Part shown: piece by piece, positions 37,538-47,675 of the stretch
Layout of the letters: every line of letters starts with the position of its first letter
Numbering within the stretch: the stretch's first letter is position 1
From: an uncultured Marinoscillum sp.
GTDB taxonomy: Bacteria; Bacteroidota; Bacteroidia; Cytophagales; MED-G16
Direction: 5' to 3'
DNA length: 64,000 nucleotides
Assembly (NCBI GenBank): GCA_902633975.1
Contig: CACPHX010000003.1
Location: 15,373-79,372 of the forward strand
Notes under the pieces: generated by a model
Told to the model about the DNA's origin: nothing
Database searches by the model: none
What the model saw: only the letters and a program-made list of their open reading frames with translations
Program-made: the position numbers and the translations under genes

Positions 37538-37593
37538 AAAGGGTAAAATTATATTTCATTTAATAAATTATTATTAATAAACAATATAATTGT

Positions 37594-37601
37594 TAGTTTT
37601 G
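37594..37601 (+). promoter_or_regulatory. Bacteroidota -7 promoter-like box TAGTTTTG
   Basis: Exact match to TAnnTTTG, 13 nt upstream of the ATG at 37615. Confidence 0.4.
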
Positions 37602-37614
37602 AGGTTTATTAAAA

Positions 37615-39024
37615 ATGGCTGAAGAATACAAGAAAAGACGAGAAGAGATTCAAAGATTAGTTACAGAATTCGAATTAAAATTAAAAGATGAGTTAGATTT
37701 TTATTATGACTCAGAAACTTACGAAAAAATAATCAAGTGGTATATTGATAACCATAAATTTAAATTTGGATTAAAGGCTGTAAATTTTGCATTATCCCAA
37801 CACAAATTTTCTTCTGATCTTTTAATACAAAAAGCAAATATTCAAATTGCTCTACAAAACTTTACAGAATCTTTAAATTCTTTAGAAAAAGCTCATTCAC
37901 TTAATCCTAAGGATGAAAATATTTTTATTTTGATGGGACAAGTTAAAATTATTTTAGGAGATGCTTATGGATCTATAAAAATTTTAAAAAAAGCTCTAAA
38001 TATTTCTGAAAATAAGGACGAAATCTATTATCAAATTGGTTTAGCATTTCAATCACAAAAAAAATTTAATAAAGCTTCTAAATATTACAAAAAAACTATT
38101 GAATCTAATTTGACTCATGAGAATGCCTTATATGATCTTGCATATTGCTTAGAGACATTGGGCGAACTTGAAAACAGTATATCATATTATAAAAAGTTTA
38201 TTGATGAAGATCCTTATTCAGAATTTGCTTGGTTTAACATAGGAAATATTTATTTTAAATTAAATCAATATGATAAAGCAGTTGATGCTTTTGAATTAGC
38301 TATTGCTATTGATGAGGAATATTCTATTGCTTACATAAAACTTTCTCAAGCATTAATAAAATTAAAAAAATATGAGAAAGCTAAAAAATATTTGGATAAC
38401 TGTATGAAAATAGATGGACCATCACCTGAAATTTATTCTGATTTAGGTAATGTCTTGTATTTATTACAAGATTATTCTACTTCCATTAAATATTATCAAA
38501 AATCAATAAAGATAGATCAATCCTTCAAGGAATCTTATTTTGGATTAGGAAGAAGCTTATCGAAGCTTGATAAATGGTTTGAAGCTATTCATTTTTTTAA
38601 AAAAGCTTACAAGCTTGATAGCAATAATTTTGAATATATCAAGTCACTTGCTTATGCTGAATTTAAGGTAGGGAATTTAGTTTCAAGCATTGATTTATAT
38701 AATAAAGCTCTTAATCTTAAACCTGATGATTTAGAATTATCTCTTGAATTTTCTCAAATATTTTATGAAAGTGGTGAAATAGAAAAAGCTATTCAAATAA
38801 TTTATGATTGTATTGAAGAGCTTCCAGGTGAATCTTTACTTTATTACAGATTAGTCATTTATTTAATGGATGCTGGAAAATATAAAGAATCCATAAATGT
38901 TTTAGAAAACGCTCTTTCATTAAATTTTGAAAATCATGAGGTTTTATTTGATTTTTTACCGAATTATGAAAGTCATTCCTCACTAATTAGAATAATAAAT
39001 CAATTTAAAAAGAATAATTCGTGA
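37615..39024 (+). CDS. TPR repeat protein (about 10 TPR units, cytoplasmic)
   Basis: Repeated A..Y...L...P / Y..G..Y pattern throughout. No signal peptide. Confidence 0.7.
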   Translation: MAEEYKKRREEIQRLVTEFELKLKDELDFYYDSETYEKIIKWYIDNHKFKFGLKAVNFALSQHKFSSDLLIQKANIQIALQNFTESLNSLEKAHSLNPKDENIFILMGQVKIILGDAYGSIKILKKALNISENKDEIYYQIGLAFQSQKKFNKASKYYKKTIESNLTHENALYDLAYCLETLGELENSISYYKKFIDEDPYSEFAWFNIGNIYFKLNQYDKAVDAFELAIAIDEEYSIAYIKLSQALIKLKKYEKAKKYLDNCMKIDGPSPEIYSDLGNVLYLLQDYSTSIKYYQKSIKIDQSFKESYFGLGRSLSKLDKWFEAIHFFKKAYKLDSNNFEYIKSLAYAEFKVGNLVSSIDLYNKALNLKPDDLELSLEFSQIFYESGEIEKAIQIIYDCIEELPGESLLYYRLVIYLMDAGKYKESINVLENALSLNFENHEVLFDFLPNYESHSSLIRIINQFKKNNS

Positions 39025-39776
39025 ATTTCAATTTAAAAAATCTACCTAAAAGAAAGAGCAAACCAAGATCAGAGGGTATGACAATGGTCATTGATAAGGG
39101 ATCAAGTCTACAACAATGTAAAGATTTAATTGAGTCTAGTTCAGAGTATATTGATGTGATTAAATTTGGTTGGACTACTTCAAACTTTATAAATAATCTT
39201 AAAAAGAAAATTAAACTTTTTAAAGATTCAGATATAAACGTTTATTTTGGAGGAACTTTATTTGAAGCTTTTGCTGTAAGAAATCAATTAAATGAATACA
39301 TTTCGATTTTAAAAGAATACGATTTAAATCTTGCTGAAGTCTCTGATGGTTCGATATCAATACCACATAAAAAAAAATGCGAATACATTGAAAAGCTTTC
39401 AAAACATGTTACCGTATTTTCCGAAATAGGATCAAAAGATGAAAAAAAAATTATACCACCTTATAAATGGATAAAACAGATGAAAGCTGAATTGAACGCT
39501 GGTTCAAAGAAAGTAATAGGAGAGGCAAGAGAATCAGGAAGTGTTGGTCTTTTCAGATCATCCGGTGAAGTCAGACAGGGTTTAGTTGAGGAAATATTGA
39601 CAGAAATACCAAAAGAGAAGATAATATGGGAGGCACCTTTAAAAACTCAGCAGGTTTGGTTCGTAAAATTATTAGGCTCTAATGTTAATCTTGGAAATAT
39701 TTCTGGAAAGGAAGTTATTTCTTTGGAGACAATTAGGGTTGGCTTAAGAGGTGATACATTCAATGATTTCTTATAA
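39021..39776 (+). CDS. comA: (2R)-phospho-3-sulfolactate synthase (ComA family)
   Basis: KPRSEGMTMVIDKG, IDVIKFGWTTS, GGTLFE, EVSDGSI, GEARESG, WEAP, VNLGNI, LETIRVGLRGDTF. GTG start overlaps the upstream stop (GTGA). Confidence 0.8.
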   Translation: MNFNLKNLPKRKSKPRSEGMTMVIDKGSSLQQCKDLIESSSEYIDVIKFGWTTSNFINNLKKKIKLFKDSDINVYFGGTLFEAFAVRNQLNEYISILKEYDLNLAEVSDGSISIPHKKKCEYIEKLSKHVTVFSEIGSKDEKKIIPPYKWIKQMKAELNAGSKKVIGEARESGSVGLFRSSGEVRQGLVEEILTEIPKEKIIWEAPLKTQQVWFVKLLGSNVNLGNISGKEVISLETIRVGLRGDTFNDFL

Positions 39777-40647
39777 GTTATTTAATAAAATTTCCTTTTA
39801 TAATTTTTTAAAAGGTATGGCTATGGGAGTTTCTGATTTGATTCCAGGAATATCTGGTGGCACAGTAGCTTTACTATTAGGTATATATCACGACTTTATA
39901 ACTTCTATCAAAGCATTTAATTTAAGATCTATCAATTATTTATTTACTTTAAATTTTAAAAAATTAAATCAACAACTAAACTTAGCTTTTTTGATTCCTA
40001 TTTTTATTGGGATTCTATTTTCAATAATTTCTTTTTCTTTTTTAGTTGATTTTCTTCTTGAAAATTTTAGAGTTGTTCTATTCTCATTTTTTTTTGGATT
40101 AATATTTTTTTCTTCATTGAAGATAATTTACAATTTAAGACCATCTAAATTTTATGATTTTTTATTTATTGTAATTGGTTTATTGGTTGGATATTATATC
40201 TCATTAATAAATCCAATTGGGATAGGAGAGAATTATTTTTCTTTATTTATTTCTGGCTTGATAGCAATTACAGCAATGCTATTACCAGGCATATCTGGAA
40301 GTTATATTCTTCTTATTCTTGGAAAATATGACTATTTAATAAATTCACTTACAAATTTTTATGTTGATATAATTTTAATTTTTTTATTCGGTGCTACAAT
40401 TGGAATTATTATTTTTTCAAGGGTTATAAGTTTACTATTAAATAGGTTTTATAGAAATACAGTTTTTGCATTATCAGGTCTGATGTTAGGTTCCTTGAAC
40501 AAAATGTGGCCATGGCAATTTGATGGAATTAATTATTTGCCAAACGATTTTTCTAAGTCCTCTGGAATAGAAAATTATATAGAGCTTTCAATTTTTTTTA
40601 TAATAATTTCATTTATTTTATCATATTCTTTAAAACCTATTAAATGA
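39751..40647 (+). CDS. DUF368 family integral membrane protein
   Basis: KGMAMGVSDLIPGISGGTVALLLGIY and a second LPGISGSYILLILG repeat are typical of DUF368. The exact start is uncertain. Confidence 0.75.
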   Translation: MIHSMISYKLFNKISFYNFLKGMAMGVSDLIPGISGGTVALLLGIYHDFITSIKAFNLRSINYLFTLNFKKLNQQLNLAFLIPIFIGILFSIISFSFLVDFLLENFRVVLFSFFFGLIFFSSLKIIYNLRPSKFYDFLFIVIGLLVGYYISLINPIGIGENYFSLFISGLIAITAMLLPGISGSYILLILGKYDYLINSLTNFYVDIILIFLFGATIGIIIFSRVISLLLNRFYRNTVFALSGLMLGSLNKMWPWQFDGINYLPNDFSKSSGIENYIELSIFFIIISFILSYSLKPIK

Positions 40648-41375
40648 AAGTTTTTGGATTAATTGGATACCCTCTTGGTCATTCTTTTTCAAAAGATTAC
40701 TTTACCAAAAAGTTTTCTCAAGAAAAAATCACAGACAGTATTTATAAAAATTTTGAAATGGCATCATTAGATACATTTACTAAGACAATAAAGGATGAAA
40801 AAAATTTAGTGGGGCTTAATGTCACAATTCCTCACAAAGAAAATATCATAGAGTATTTGGATGAAGTTGACAGTGTAGCTAACGAAATTGGTTCAGTAAA
40901 TGTCATTAAAGTAACAGATAATAAATTAATAGGCTTTAATTCAGATTATTTGGGATTTAAAATTTCATTAAAAAAATGGTTGCCAAACAGAAAGTTTAAT
41001 GCTTTAGTTTTAGGTTCAGGTGGAAGTTCAAATGCTATATGCTTTGCATTAAAAAAATTAGACATTAATTATAAAATCGTTTCTACATCAAATTCCTCAT
41101 ATTTTTCATATGATGAAATTAGAAATGAAGAAATATATTCTAAGTATAAATTAATTATTAATACTACACCTCTTGGTATGTCACCTAATGTTGATTCTTT
41201 TCCTGATATTCAATATAAGTTTTTAGATAATAATAGTTATCTATACGATTTAGTTTATAATCCAAAACAAACAAAATTTTTATCAAAAGGACGAAAAAAT
41301 AATTCGAAAATAAAAAATGGTATTGAGATGCTAGAGACTCAAGCTAAAATATCGTGGGATATTTGGAATAAATAA
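40644..41375 (+). CDS. aroE: Shikimate dehydrogenase
   Basis: GLIGYPLGHSFSKDYF, NVTIPHK, LGSGGSS and TTPLGM motifs. Confidence 0.85.
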   Translation: MKVFGLIGYPLGHSFSKDYFTKKFSQEKITDSIYKNFEMASLDTFTKTIKDEKNLVGLNVTIPHKENIIEYLDEVDSVANEIGSVNVIKVTDNKLIGFNSDYLGFKISLKKWLPNRKFNALVLGSGGSSNAICFALKKLDINYKIVSTSNSSYFSYDEIRNEEIYSKYKLIINTTPLGMSPNVDSFPDIQYKFLDNNSYLYDLVYNPKQTKFLSKGRKNNSKIKNGIEMLETQAKISWDIWNK

Positions 41376-41382
41376 TTGAAGA

Positions 41383-43404
41383 TTGGATTTTAAATTAAAG
41401 GCAGATTTTAAACCAACTGGTGATCAACCTCAAGCAATAGAATCTTTGTTAAGAGGCTTAGAAAATGATGAGACCCATCAGGTTTTATTAGGTGTAACAG
41501 GGTCCGGAAAAACCTTTACGATGGCTAATGTAATTAACAAAGCAAATAAACCATCACTAATTATTTGCCATAATAAAACACTTGCGGCTCAATTATACGG
41601 CGAGTTAAAAAGTTTTTTTCCAGAAAATAAGGTTGAATATTTTATTTCATATTATGATTATTATCAACCAGAGGCTTATATACCAACCACAAATGTTTAC
41701 ATAGAGAAGGATTTGTCAATTAATGAGCAAATAGAAAAGTTAAGATTAAGTGCAACCTCCTCACTACTATCCGGTAGATCAGATGTAATAGTTGTCGCAT
41801 CAGTATCTTGTATATATGGTATTGGTAATCCAGACGATTTTGGTAAGAATGTTGTTCAAATTAAAGTTGGAGATCAGTTTAAATTAAAAAATCTTTTGTA
41901 TGATCTTGTTGATATTTTATATGAAAGATCTTACGAGGAAGATTTCAAAAGAGGTTCTTTTAGATTAAAGGGAGACACAGTTGATATTTTTCTTGCATAT
42001 GATGATTATATTGTTAGAATTATTTTTTGGGGTAATGAGGTCGAGTCGATACAAAAAGTTGATGCAATAACTGGTAAAATAATCTCAGAGGAAGATATAA
42101 TCCAGATATATCCTGCAAATCTATTTGTTACTTCTAAAGACGTAATTGATATAGCAATAAATGAAATTAGTAATGATTTAGAAAAGCAGATAAATTTTTT
42201 TGAATCAGAGGGTAAGTTTAGTGAAGCAAAAAGAATAAAAGAAAGAACTGAATTTGATATTGAGATGATTGGTGAAATGGGTTACTGTTCTGGGGTTGAG
42301 AATTACTCTAGATACTTTGATAGAAGAAATCCTGGTAAAAGACCATTCTGCTTATTTGATTATTTTCCTGATGATTTTTTATTATTTATTGATGAGAGTC
42401 ATGTCACAATACCCCAAATAAGAGCAATGTGGGGAGGAGATAGGTCTAGAAAAATGAATCTAGTTGATTACGGCTTTAGATTACCATCAGCACTTGACAA
42501 TAGACCTTTAAATTTTGAGGAATTTGAGTCTCTAATAAATAAAGTTATTTTTATAGGTGCTACACCTTCGGATTATGAGTTAACTTGTTCAGGTGGTTCA
42601 ATTGTTGAACAAATAATAAGGCCAACTGGTCTTCTAGATCCACCTATTGATATTCGTAAATCAGATAATCAGATAGATGATATTATAGACGAAATACAAA
42701 AAAGAATTGAAAAAGAGGAAAGAGTATTAGTAACTACTTTAACTAAAAGGATGTCTGAGGAGTTAACTAAATATCTAGATAAAAGTGGTATAAAAACAAA
42801 ATATATTCACTCAGAGATTGATTCATTAGATAGAGTAAACATTTTAAGAGAATTGAGATTAGGCAGTTTTGATGTATTAGTTGGAGTAAATCTTCTTAGA
42901 GAGGGATTAGATTTACCAGAGGTTTCATTGGTAATTATATTAGATGCAGATAAAGAAGGTTTTTTAAGAAATGAAAAATCTTTGATTCAGACAGTTGGAA
43001 GGGCTGCAAGAAATGTTAATGGTCAAGTTATAATGTATGCTGATAAGATTACAAGGTCGATGCAAGCGACAATTGATGAAACAGAGAGAAGAAGAAAAAT
43101 TCAAAAAAAATATAATTCCGATAATAATATTGTTCCCAAGACAATTTCAAAATCTAAAAAGAAGATTATGGAACAAACTGTTGTTGCTCAGGATAAAATT
43201 GAATCAGGTAATTTTATATCTGATCTACAAATTGATCCGGTAATTAAAAATATGACTGGTAATGAGATTGAAAAAATCATTTCAAAAAATGAAAAAGAAA
43301 TGATGGAAGCAGCTGAAAAATTAGATTTTTATCAAGCAGCAAAACTAAGAGATGAAAATATTGAGTTAAAAAAAATATTAAATTCTAAATTAGATCGCAG
43401 GTAA
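41383..43404 (+). CDS. uvrB: Excinuclease ABC subunit B
   Basis: GDQPQAI, Walker A GVTGSGKTFTMA, DESH box, helicase motifs and C-terminal UVR domain (FYQAAKLRDE). TTG start. Confidence 0.95.
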   Translation: MDFKLKADFKPTGDQPQAIESLLRGLENDETHQVLLGVTGSGKTFTMANVINKANKPSLIICHNKTLAAQLYGELKSFFPENKVEYFISYYDYYQPEAYIPTTNVYIEKDLSINEQIEKLRLSATSSLLSGRSDVIVVASVSCIYGIGNPDDFGKNVVQIKVGDQFKLKNLLYDLVDILYERSYEEDFKRGSFRLKGDTVDIFLAYDDYIVRIIFWGNEVESIQKVDAITGKIISEEDIIQIYPANLFVTSKDVIDIAINEISNDLEKQINFFESEGKFSEAKRIKERTEFDIEMIGEMGYCSGVENYSRYFDRRNPGKRPFCLFDYFPDDFLLFIDESHVTIPQIRAMWGGDRSRKMNLVDYGFRLPSALDNRPLNFEEFESLINKVIFIGATPSDYELTCSGGSIVEQIIRPTGLLDPPIDIRKSDNQIDDIIDEIQKRIEKEERVLVTTLTKRMSEELTKYLDKSGIKTKYIHSEIDSLDRVNILRELRLGSFDVLVGVNLLREGLDLPEVSLVIILDADKEGFLRNEKSLIQTVGRAARNVNGQVIMYADKITRSMQATIDETERRRKIQKKYNSDNNIVPKTISKSKKKIMEQTVVAQDKIESGNFISDLQIDPVIKNMTGNEIEKIISKNEKEMMEAAEKLDFYQAAKLRDENIELKKILNSKLDRR

Positions 43405-44727
43405 TTGCCATCCGTTGTGATATTTTGGTTTGATAAGTGAATCTGCTTCAATGTCATTGAATGATCTTTTTTCTTTATCCCAGTAAATTTTTTTTCCAGT
43501 TCTAAAAGCAATATTCCCCATATGAGCATTGATAGCTGCAGAACTTCCTTCTTCCAAGCTACATTTCAGATTATTTTTATCATTTTTTCTTATACTTTCA
43601 ATAAAGTTTTCGGTATGCTTATCTAGGGCATTTCCTTTACCGTTAGTTTTTGGAATATTTTTAAAATATAATTCTTTTGTGTATCTCTGGTCTTTTTCTG
43701 AAGTGACTTGCCACCATCTTCTATTCACTTTTAATGTGCCTTTACTACCAATAAAAGAGACGCCTTCAGGCATACCATAATTACCTTGACTAATTCCATT
43801 AGCATGCTCCCAAATCATAGTAAAATTTTTATATTCATAAATTGCTTGCAATGTATCTGGAGTTTCAGTGTCTTGATTAGGATATCCAAACTTTCCACCG
43901 CTTGCCATAACTGATATGGGCTCTGATTCTTTCATACCCCAGAGTGCTATATCAATTTCATGAACACCCCAATCCGTCATTAATCCACCTGCATAATCCC
44001 AATACCATCTGAAATTAAAATGATATCTATTTTCATTGAATTTTCTCATCGGTGCAGGACCCAACCACATATTGTAGTCTATACCTGGAGGCGTTTCTTT
44101 ATTAGCTTTTTTATCAACCCAACCATACCAGCCCATATATGCCCATGCTTTTACTAATCTTATTCTTCCCAGTTTTCCTGAGGATAGGTATTCGATAGCA
44201 TCTTTGTATTGGGTTCCACTTCTTTGCCATTGTCCAATTTGAACACATTTATCTGACTTTTTAGAAGCATCTAGCATTATATAAGCTTCTTCAATTGAAT
44301 TAGATATCGGCTTTTCGCAATATGCGTGTTTTCCTGAATCAAGTGTGTCAACAAGATTAAGGCAATGCCAATGGTCGGGTGTTCCAATTACAACTGCATC
44401 AATATCATTATTTTCAAGCATCTTTCTGTAATCTTTATAAATCTTAGGCTTGTCTCCTGTAATTTTTTCTACATCAGAGCTTCTTTCATTAAGTACAATA
44501 TCATCAACATCACATAAAGCAATGCAATTAGTATTTTTTTTTTTCAGAATGGATTTCATATTACTCCATCCCATCCCTTTACATCCAATTACTCCAAAGT
44601 TAATTGTCTCGTTAGGTGAGTTTTTATATAAATCTTTGGCAATTAAAAAATTTGGAATACTACTAATAAAACCACTGCCAAATCCAAAAGCAGTACTTTT
44701 TTGAATAAAATTTCTTCTTGACTTCAT
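43390..44727 (-). CDS. Tat-exported Gfo/Idh/MocA family oxidoreductase
   Basis: SRRNFIQKSTAFGFG twin-arginine signal. GVIGCKGMG Rossmann motif. EKP motif. Confidence 0.85.
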   Translation of the reverse strand: MKSRRNFIQKSTAFGFGSGFISSIPNFLIAKDLYKNSPNETINFGVIGCKGMGWSNMKSILKKKNTNCIALCDVDDIVLNERSSDVEKITGDKPKIYKDYRKMLENNDIDAVVIGTPDHWHCLNLVDTLDSGKHAYCEKPISNSIEEAYIMLDASKKSDKCVQIGQWQRSGTQYKDAIEYLSSGKLGRIRLVKAWAYMGWYGWVDKKANKETPPGIDYNMWLGPAPMRKFNENRYHFNFRWYWDYAGGLMTDWGVHEIDIALWGMKESEPISVMASGGKFGYPNQDTETPDTLQAIYEYKNFTMIWEHANGISQGNYGMPEGVSFIGSKGTLKVNRRWWQVTSEKDQRYTKELYFKNIPKTNGKGNALDKHTENFIESIRKNDKNNLKCSLEEGSSAAINAHMGNIAFRTGKKIYWDKEKRSFNDIEADSLIKPKYHNGWQLPAI

Positions 44728-44735
44728 AAATAAAT

Positions 44736-45332
44736 TTATGAAATTCTTTCGTTCACTTTACTCCAGTCAACTACATTAAAAAAAGCATCAATGTATTCAG
44801 CTCTTTTATTCTGATATTTAAGGTAATAGGCATGTTCCCAAACATCAATACCAATGATTGGATTACTCTTATCATTACAAATTCCTGGCATTAAAGGGTT
44901 GTCTTGGTTTGCAGTAGAGCAAATTTCAAGGTGATTATCAATTTGACATAACCAGGCCCATCCCGAGCCAAATCTTGTCATCGCGGCAGTGGAAAATTTA
45001 TTTTTAAATGAATCAAAATCATTGAAAGTTGAATTTATTAGTTCAGCAACTTTTCCGTGTGGATCTCCTCCGCCATCAGGTGAGATTATATTCCAAAACA
45101 AGGAGTGATTATAGTGACCGCCACCATTGTTTCGTACAGCTATATTTTCGGAGTGATTTTTACAAATCTCCTCGATACTTGCATTCTCCATATTTGTATC
45201 TCTGATAGCATTATTAAGGTTTGAAATGTATAAATTATGATGTCTAGAATGATGAATTTCCATGGTCAGAGAATCAAAATGTGGTTCTAATGCATTGTAG
45301 GAATAGGGTAGATCAGGTAATGTGAATGACAT
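44736..45332 (-). CDS. sod: Fe/Mn superoxide dismutase
   Basis: [20 protein letters not shown] and [15 protein letters not shown]. Confidence 0.95.
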   Translation of the reverse strand: MSFTLPDLPYSYNALEPHFDSLTMEIHHSRHHNLYISNLNNAIRDTNMENASIEEICKNHSENIAVRNNGGGHYNHSLFWNIISPDGGGDPHGKVAELINSTFNDFDSFKNKFSTAAMTRFGSGWAWLCQIDNHLEICSTANQDNPLMPGICNDKSNPIIGIDVWEHAYYLKYQNKRAEYIDAFFNVVDWSKVNERIS

Positions 45333-45403
45333 ATTTTTTTTATTTAATTTTACATAATATTTTGAATATTAATTTAAGAATTTTAAACTAATATATGGGT
45401 ATT

Positions 45404-45853
45404 TTATGATCTTAATTTAAAGAAAAAAGTATTTAATAATTCCTTAGACTCCTCTTCAAGAACGTTTGAAATTATATCAATTTTTTTATTATAATCTAAC
45501 TTGGAATTTCTGAGGTATCCCTTCTGTTTATCATCTAAAGCATAAATCACTTTTGGAATTTTTGAGAGATATATAGCACCTGAACACATCATACATGGTT
45601 CTAATGTCACATACAACTCACAACCATTAAGATATCTACTTCCAATTGTATTCTGGGCAGATGTTATTGCAATCATTTCCGCATGTGCTGTTGAATCATT
45701 AAGTCTTTTTGATTGATTATGTCCTCTCGCAATTACTTGATTTTCACAAACAACCACAGCTCCAACAGGTATTTCATCTTCTTCGAATGCAATCTTTGCT
45801 TCATTGATTGCAATTTTCATAAAATGCTCATCTCTATTTTTTAGTATACTCAT
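45404..45853 (-). CDS. tadA: tRNA adenosine(34) deaminase
   Basis: CMP/dCMP deaminase zinc motifs HAEMIAI and PCMMCSGAI. Confidence 0.9.
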   Translation of the reverse strand: MSILKNRDEHFMKIAINEAKIAFEEDEIPVGAVVVCENQVIARGHNQSKRLNDSTAHAEMIAITSAQNTIGSRYLNGCELYVTLEPCMMCSGAIYLSKIPKVIYALDDKQKGYLRNSKLDYNKKIDIISNVLEEESKELLNTFFFKLRS

Positions 45854-45902
45854 CCTTTCTGTAAGAAAATAAAAAAAATCAATCCATTCTTTATAATTCT
45901 AT

Positions 45903-45910
45903 TAATTTTG
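45903..45910 (+). promoter_or_regulatory. Bacteroidota -7 promoter-like box TAATTTTG
   Basis: Exact TAnnTTTG match, 16 nt upstream of the aspS ATG. Confidence 0.4.
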
Positions 45911-45926
45911 TGAAAAATATTTTTAT

Positions 45927-47675
45927 ATGTTAAGGTCTCATACTTGTGGTGAGTTAAGGTTAAGTGATAAGGAAAAAAAAGTTCAACTATCGGGATGGGT
46001 TCAAAAGATAAGAGATAAGGGGAAATTAGTTTTTATAGATATAAGGGATAGATACGGTATAACTCAACTTATTTTTGAAGAAGAAAATATTTCTAAAGAT
46101 GTTTTTAATACGGCCAAGAAGTGTGGAAGAGAGTTTGTAATATTTGTGGAGGGTAACGTTTCAAGGAGATCTTCAAAAAACGATAAATTAAAAACAGGAG
46201 AGATTGAAGTTTTGGTTGATAAAATTGTTATTTTAAATGAGTCGGAGGTCCCACCTTTTACAATACAAGAAGATACTGACGGAGGGGATGATTTGAGAAT
46301 GAAATATAGGTACCTTGACATAAGAAGGTCTAACGTAAAAGATAAATTATTACTTAGACACCAACTTTTGAAGACAACTAGAGATTTTTTCAATGATGCT
46401 GATTTTATTGAAGTTGAAACACCGGTTTTAATTAGGTCAACTCCAGAGGGGGCTAGAGATTTCATTGTACCCTCAAGAATGAATCAAGGTCAATTTTATG
46501 CGTTGCCTCAATCACCTCAAACATTCAAACAACTTTTGATGGTAGGTGGGTTAGATAAGTATTATCAACTTGTGAAATGTTTTAGAGATGAGGATCTTCG
46601 ATCTGATAGACAGCCTGAGTTTACACAAATCGATTGTGAAATGTCATTTGTTGATAGGAGTAATGTAATTCAGATCTTCGGAAATTTCATGAGTCATCTT
46701 TTTAAAAAGATTCTAAATATAGATATTGGTGAAATTCCAATTATGAAGTATGATGATGCTATGAAAATGTATGGTTCAGATAAACCAGATTTAAGATTTG
46801 ATATGAAGATCTGTGATATCTCATCTGTTACACATGGTAAAGGATTTAAAGTATTTGATGATGCAGAATCTGTTCTAGCAATATCAGTCCCAGGTTGTTC
46901 TAACTACTCAAGAAAAGATATTGATGAGATAACTGAGTATGTAAAAACTCCTCAAATTGGTTCTAAGGGCTTGGTTTATTTAAAAGTTAATGAGGATGGT
47001 ACTTTTAAGTCCTCCGTTGACAAGTTCTATTCCTCTAATGATCTAAAAAGTATTTCTAAATTATGTAAAGCAAATCAAGGTGATCTAATTCTCATATTAG
47101 CAGGAGAAGAGAATCAAAACTTAAAAGCAATGTCTGAATTAAGATTATTTATGGGTAAAAAAACAAATTTGTTTGATAATAAAATTTTTAAACCAGTATG
47201 GATTGTAGATTTTCCTCTCTTTATTTGGGATTCAGAATCAGATAGATATCACTCAGTACATCATCCATTTACTTCTCCTTTAACAGATGATATTGAATCA
47301 ATTAAAAATGATACCAGAAATATTAAGGCAAATGCCTACGATTTAGTAATTAATGGAGTTGAAATAGGTGGTGGATCAATAAGAATTCATGATAGAAAAC
47401 TTCAGGAAACTATTTTTGAGGTCCTTGGTTTCTCTAAGGAAGAAGTTAAAAATCAATTTGGCTTTTTATTAGATGCATTTAGATTTGGTACACCTCCTCA
47501 TGGTGGTATTGCATTTGGCTTTGATAGAATTTGTTCATTATTTGCTGGAGAGGACTCAATAAAAGATTTTATCGCTTTTCCAAAAAATACATCGGGACGT
47601 GATGTGATGATAGATTCCCCATCAATAATTGATAATGATCAGTTAGATGAGTTAGGTATAAAATTATCAGATTAA
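45927..47675 (+). CDS. aspS: Aspartate--tRNA ligase
   Basis: Class II motifs FRDEDLRSDRQPEFTQID, GGGSIRIH and GFDR. Bacterial-type insertion domain. 582 aa. Confidence 0.95.
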   Translation: MLRSHTCGELRLSDKEKKVQLSGWVQKIRDKGKLVFIDIRDRYGITQLIFEEENISKDVFNTAKKCGREFVIFVEGNVSRRSSKNDKLKTGEIEVLVDKIVILNESEVPPFTIQEDTDGGDDLRMKYRYLDIRRSNVKDKLLLRHQLLKTTRDFFNDADFIEVETPVLIRSTPEGARDFIVPSRMNQGQFYALPQSPQTFKQLLMVGGLDKYYQLVKCFRDEDLRSDRQPEFTQIDCEMSFVDRSNVIQIFGNFMSHLFKKILNIDIGEIPIMKYDDAMKMYGSDKPDLRFDMKICDISSVTHGKGFKVFDDAESVLAISVPGCSNYSRKDIDEITEYVKTPQIGSKGLVYLKVNEDGTFKSSVDKFYSSNDLKSISKLCKANQGDLILILAGEENQNLKAMSELRLFMGKKTNLFDNKIFKPVWIVDFPLFIWDSESDRYHSVHHPFTSPLTDDIESIKNDTRNIKANAYDLVINGVEIGGGSIRIHDRKLQETIFEVLGFSKEEVKNQFGFLLDAFRFGTPPHGGIAFGFDRICSLFAGEDSIKDFIAFPKNTSGRDVMIDSPSIIDNDQLDELGIKLSD

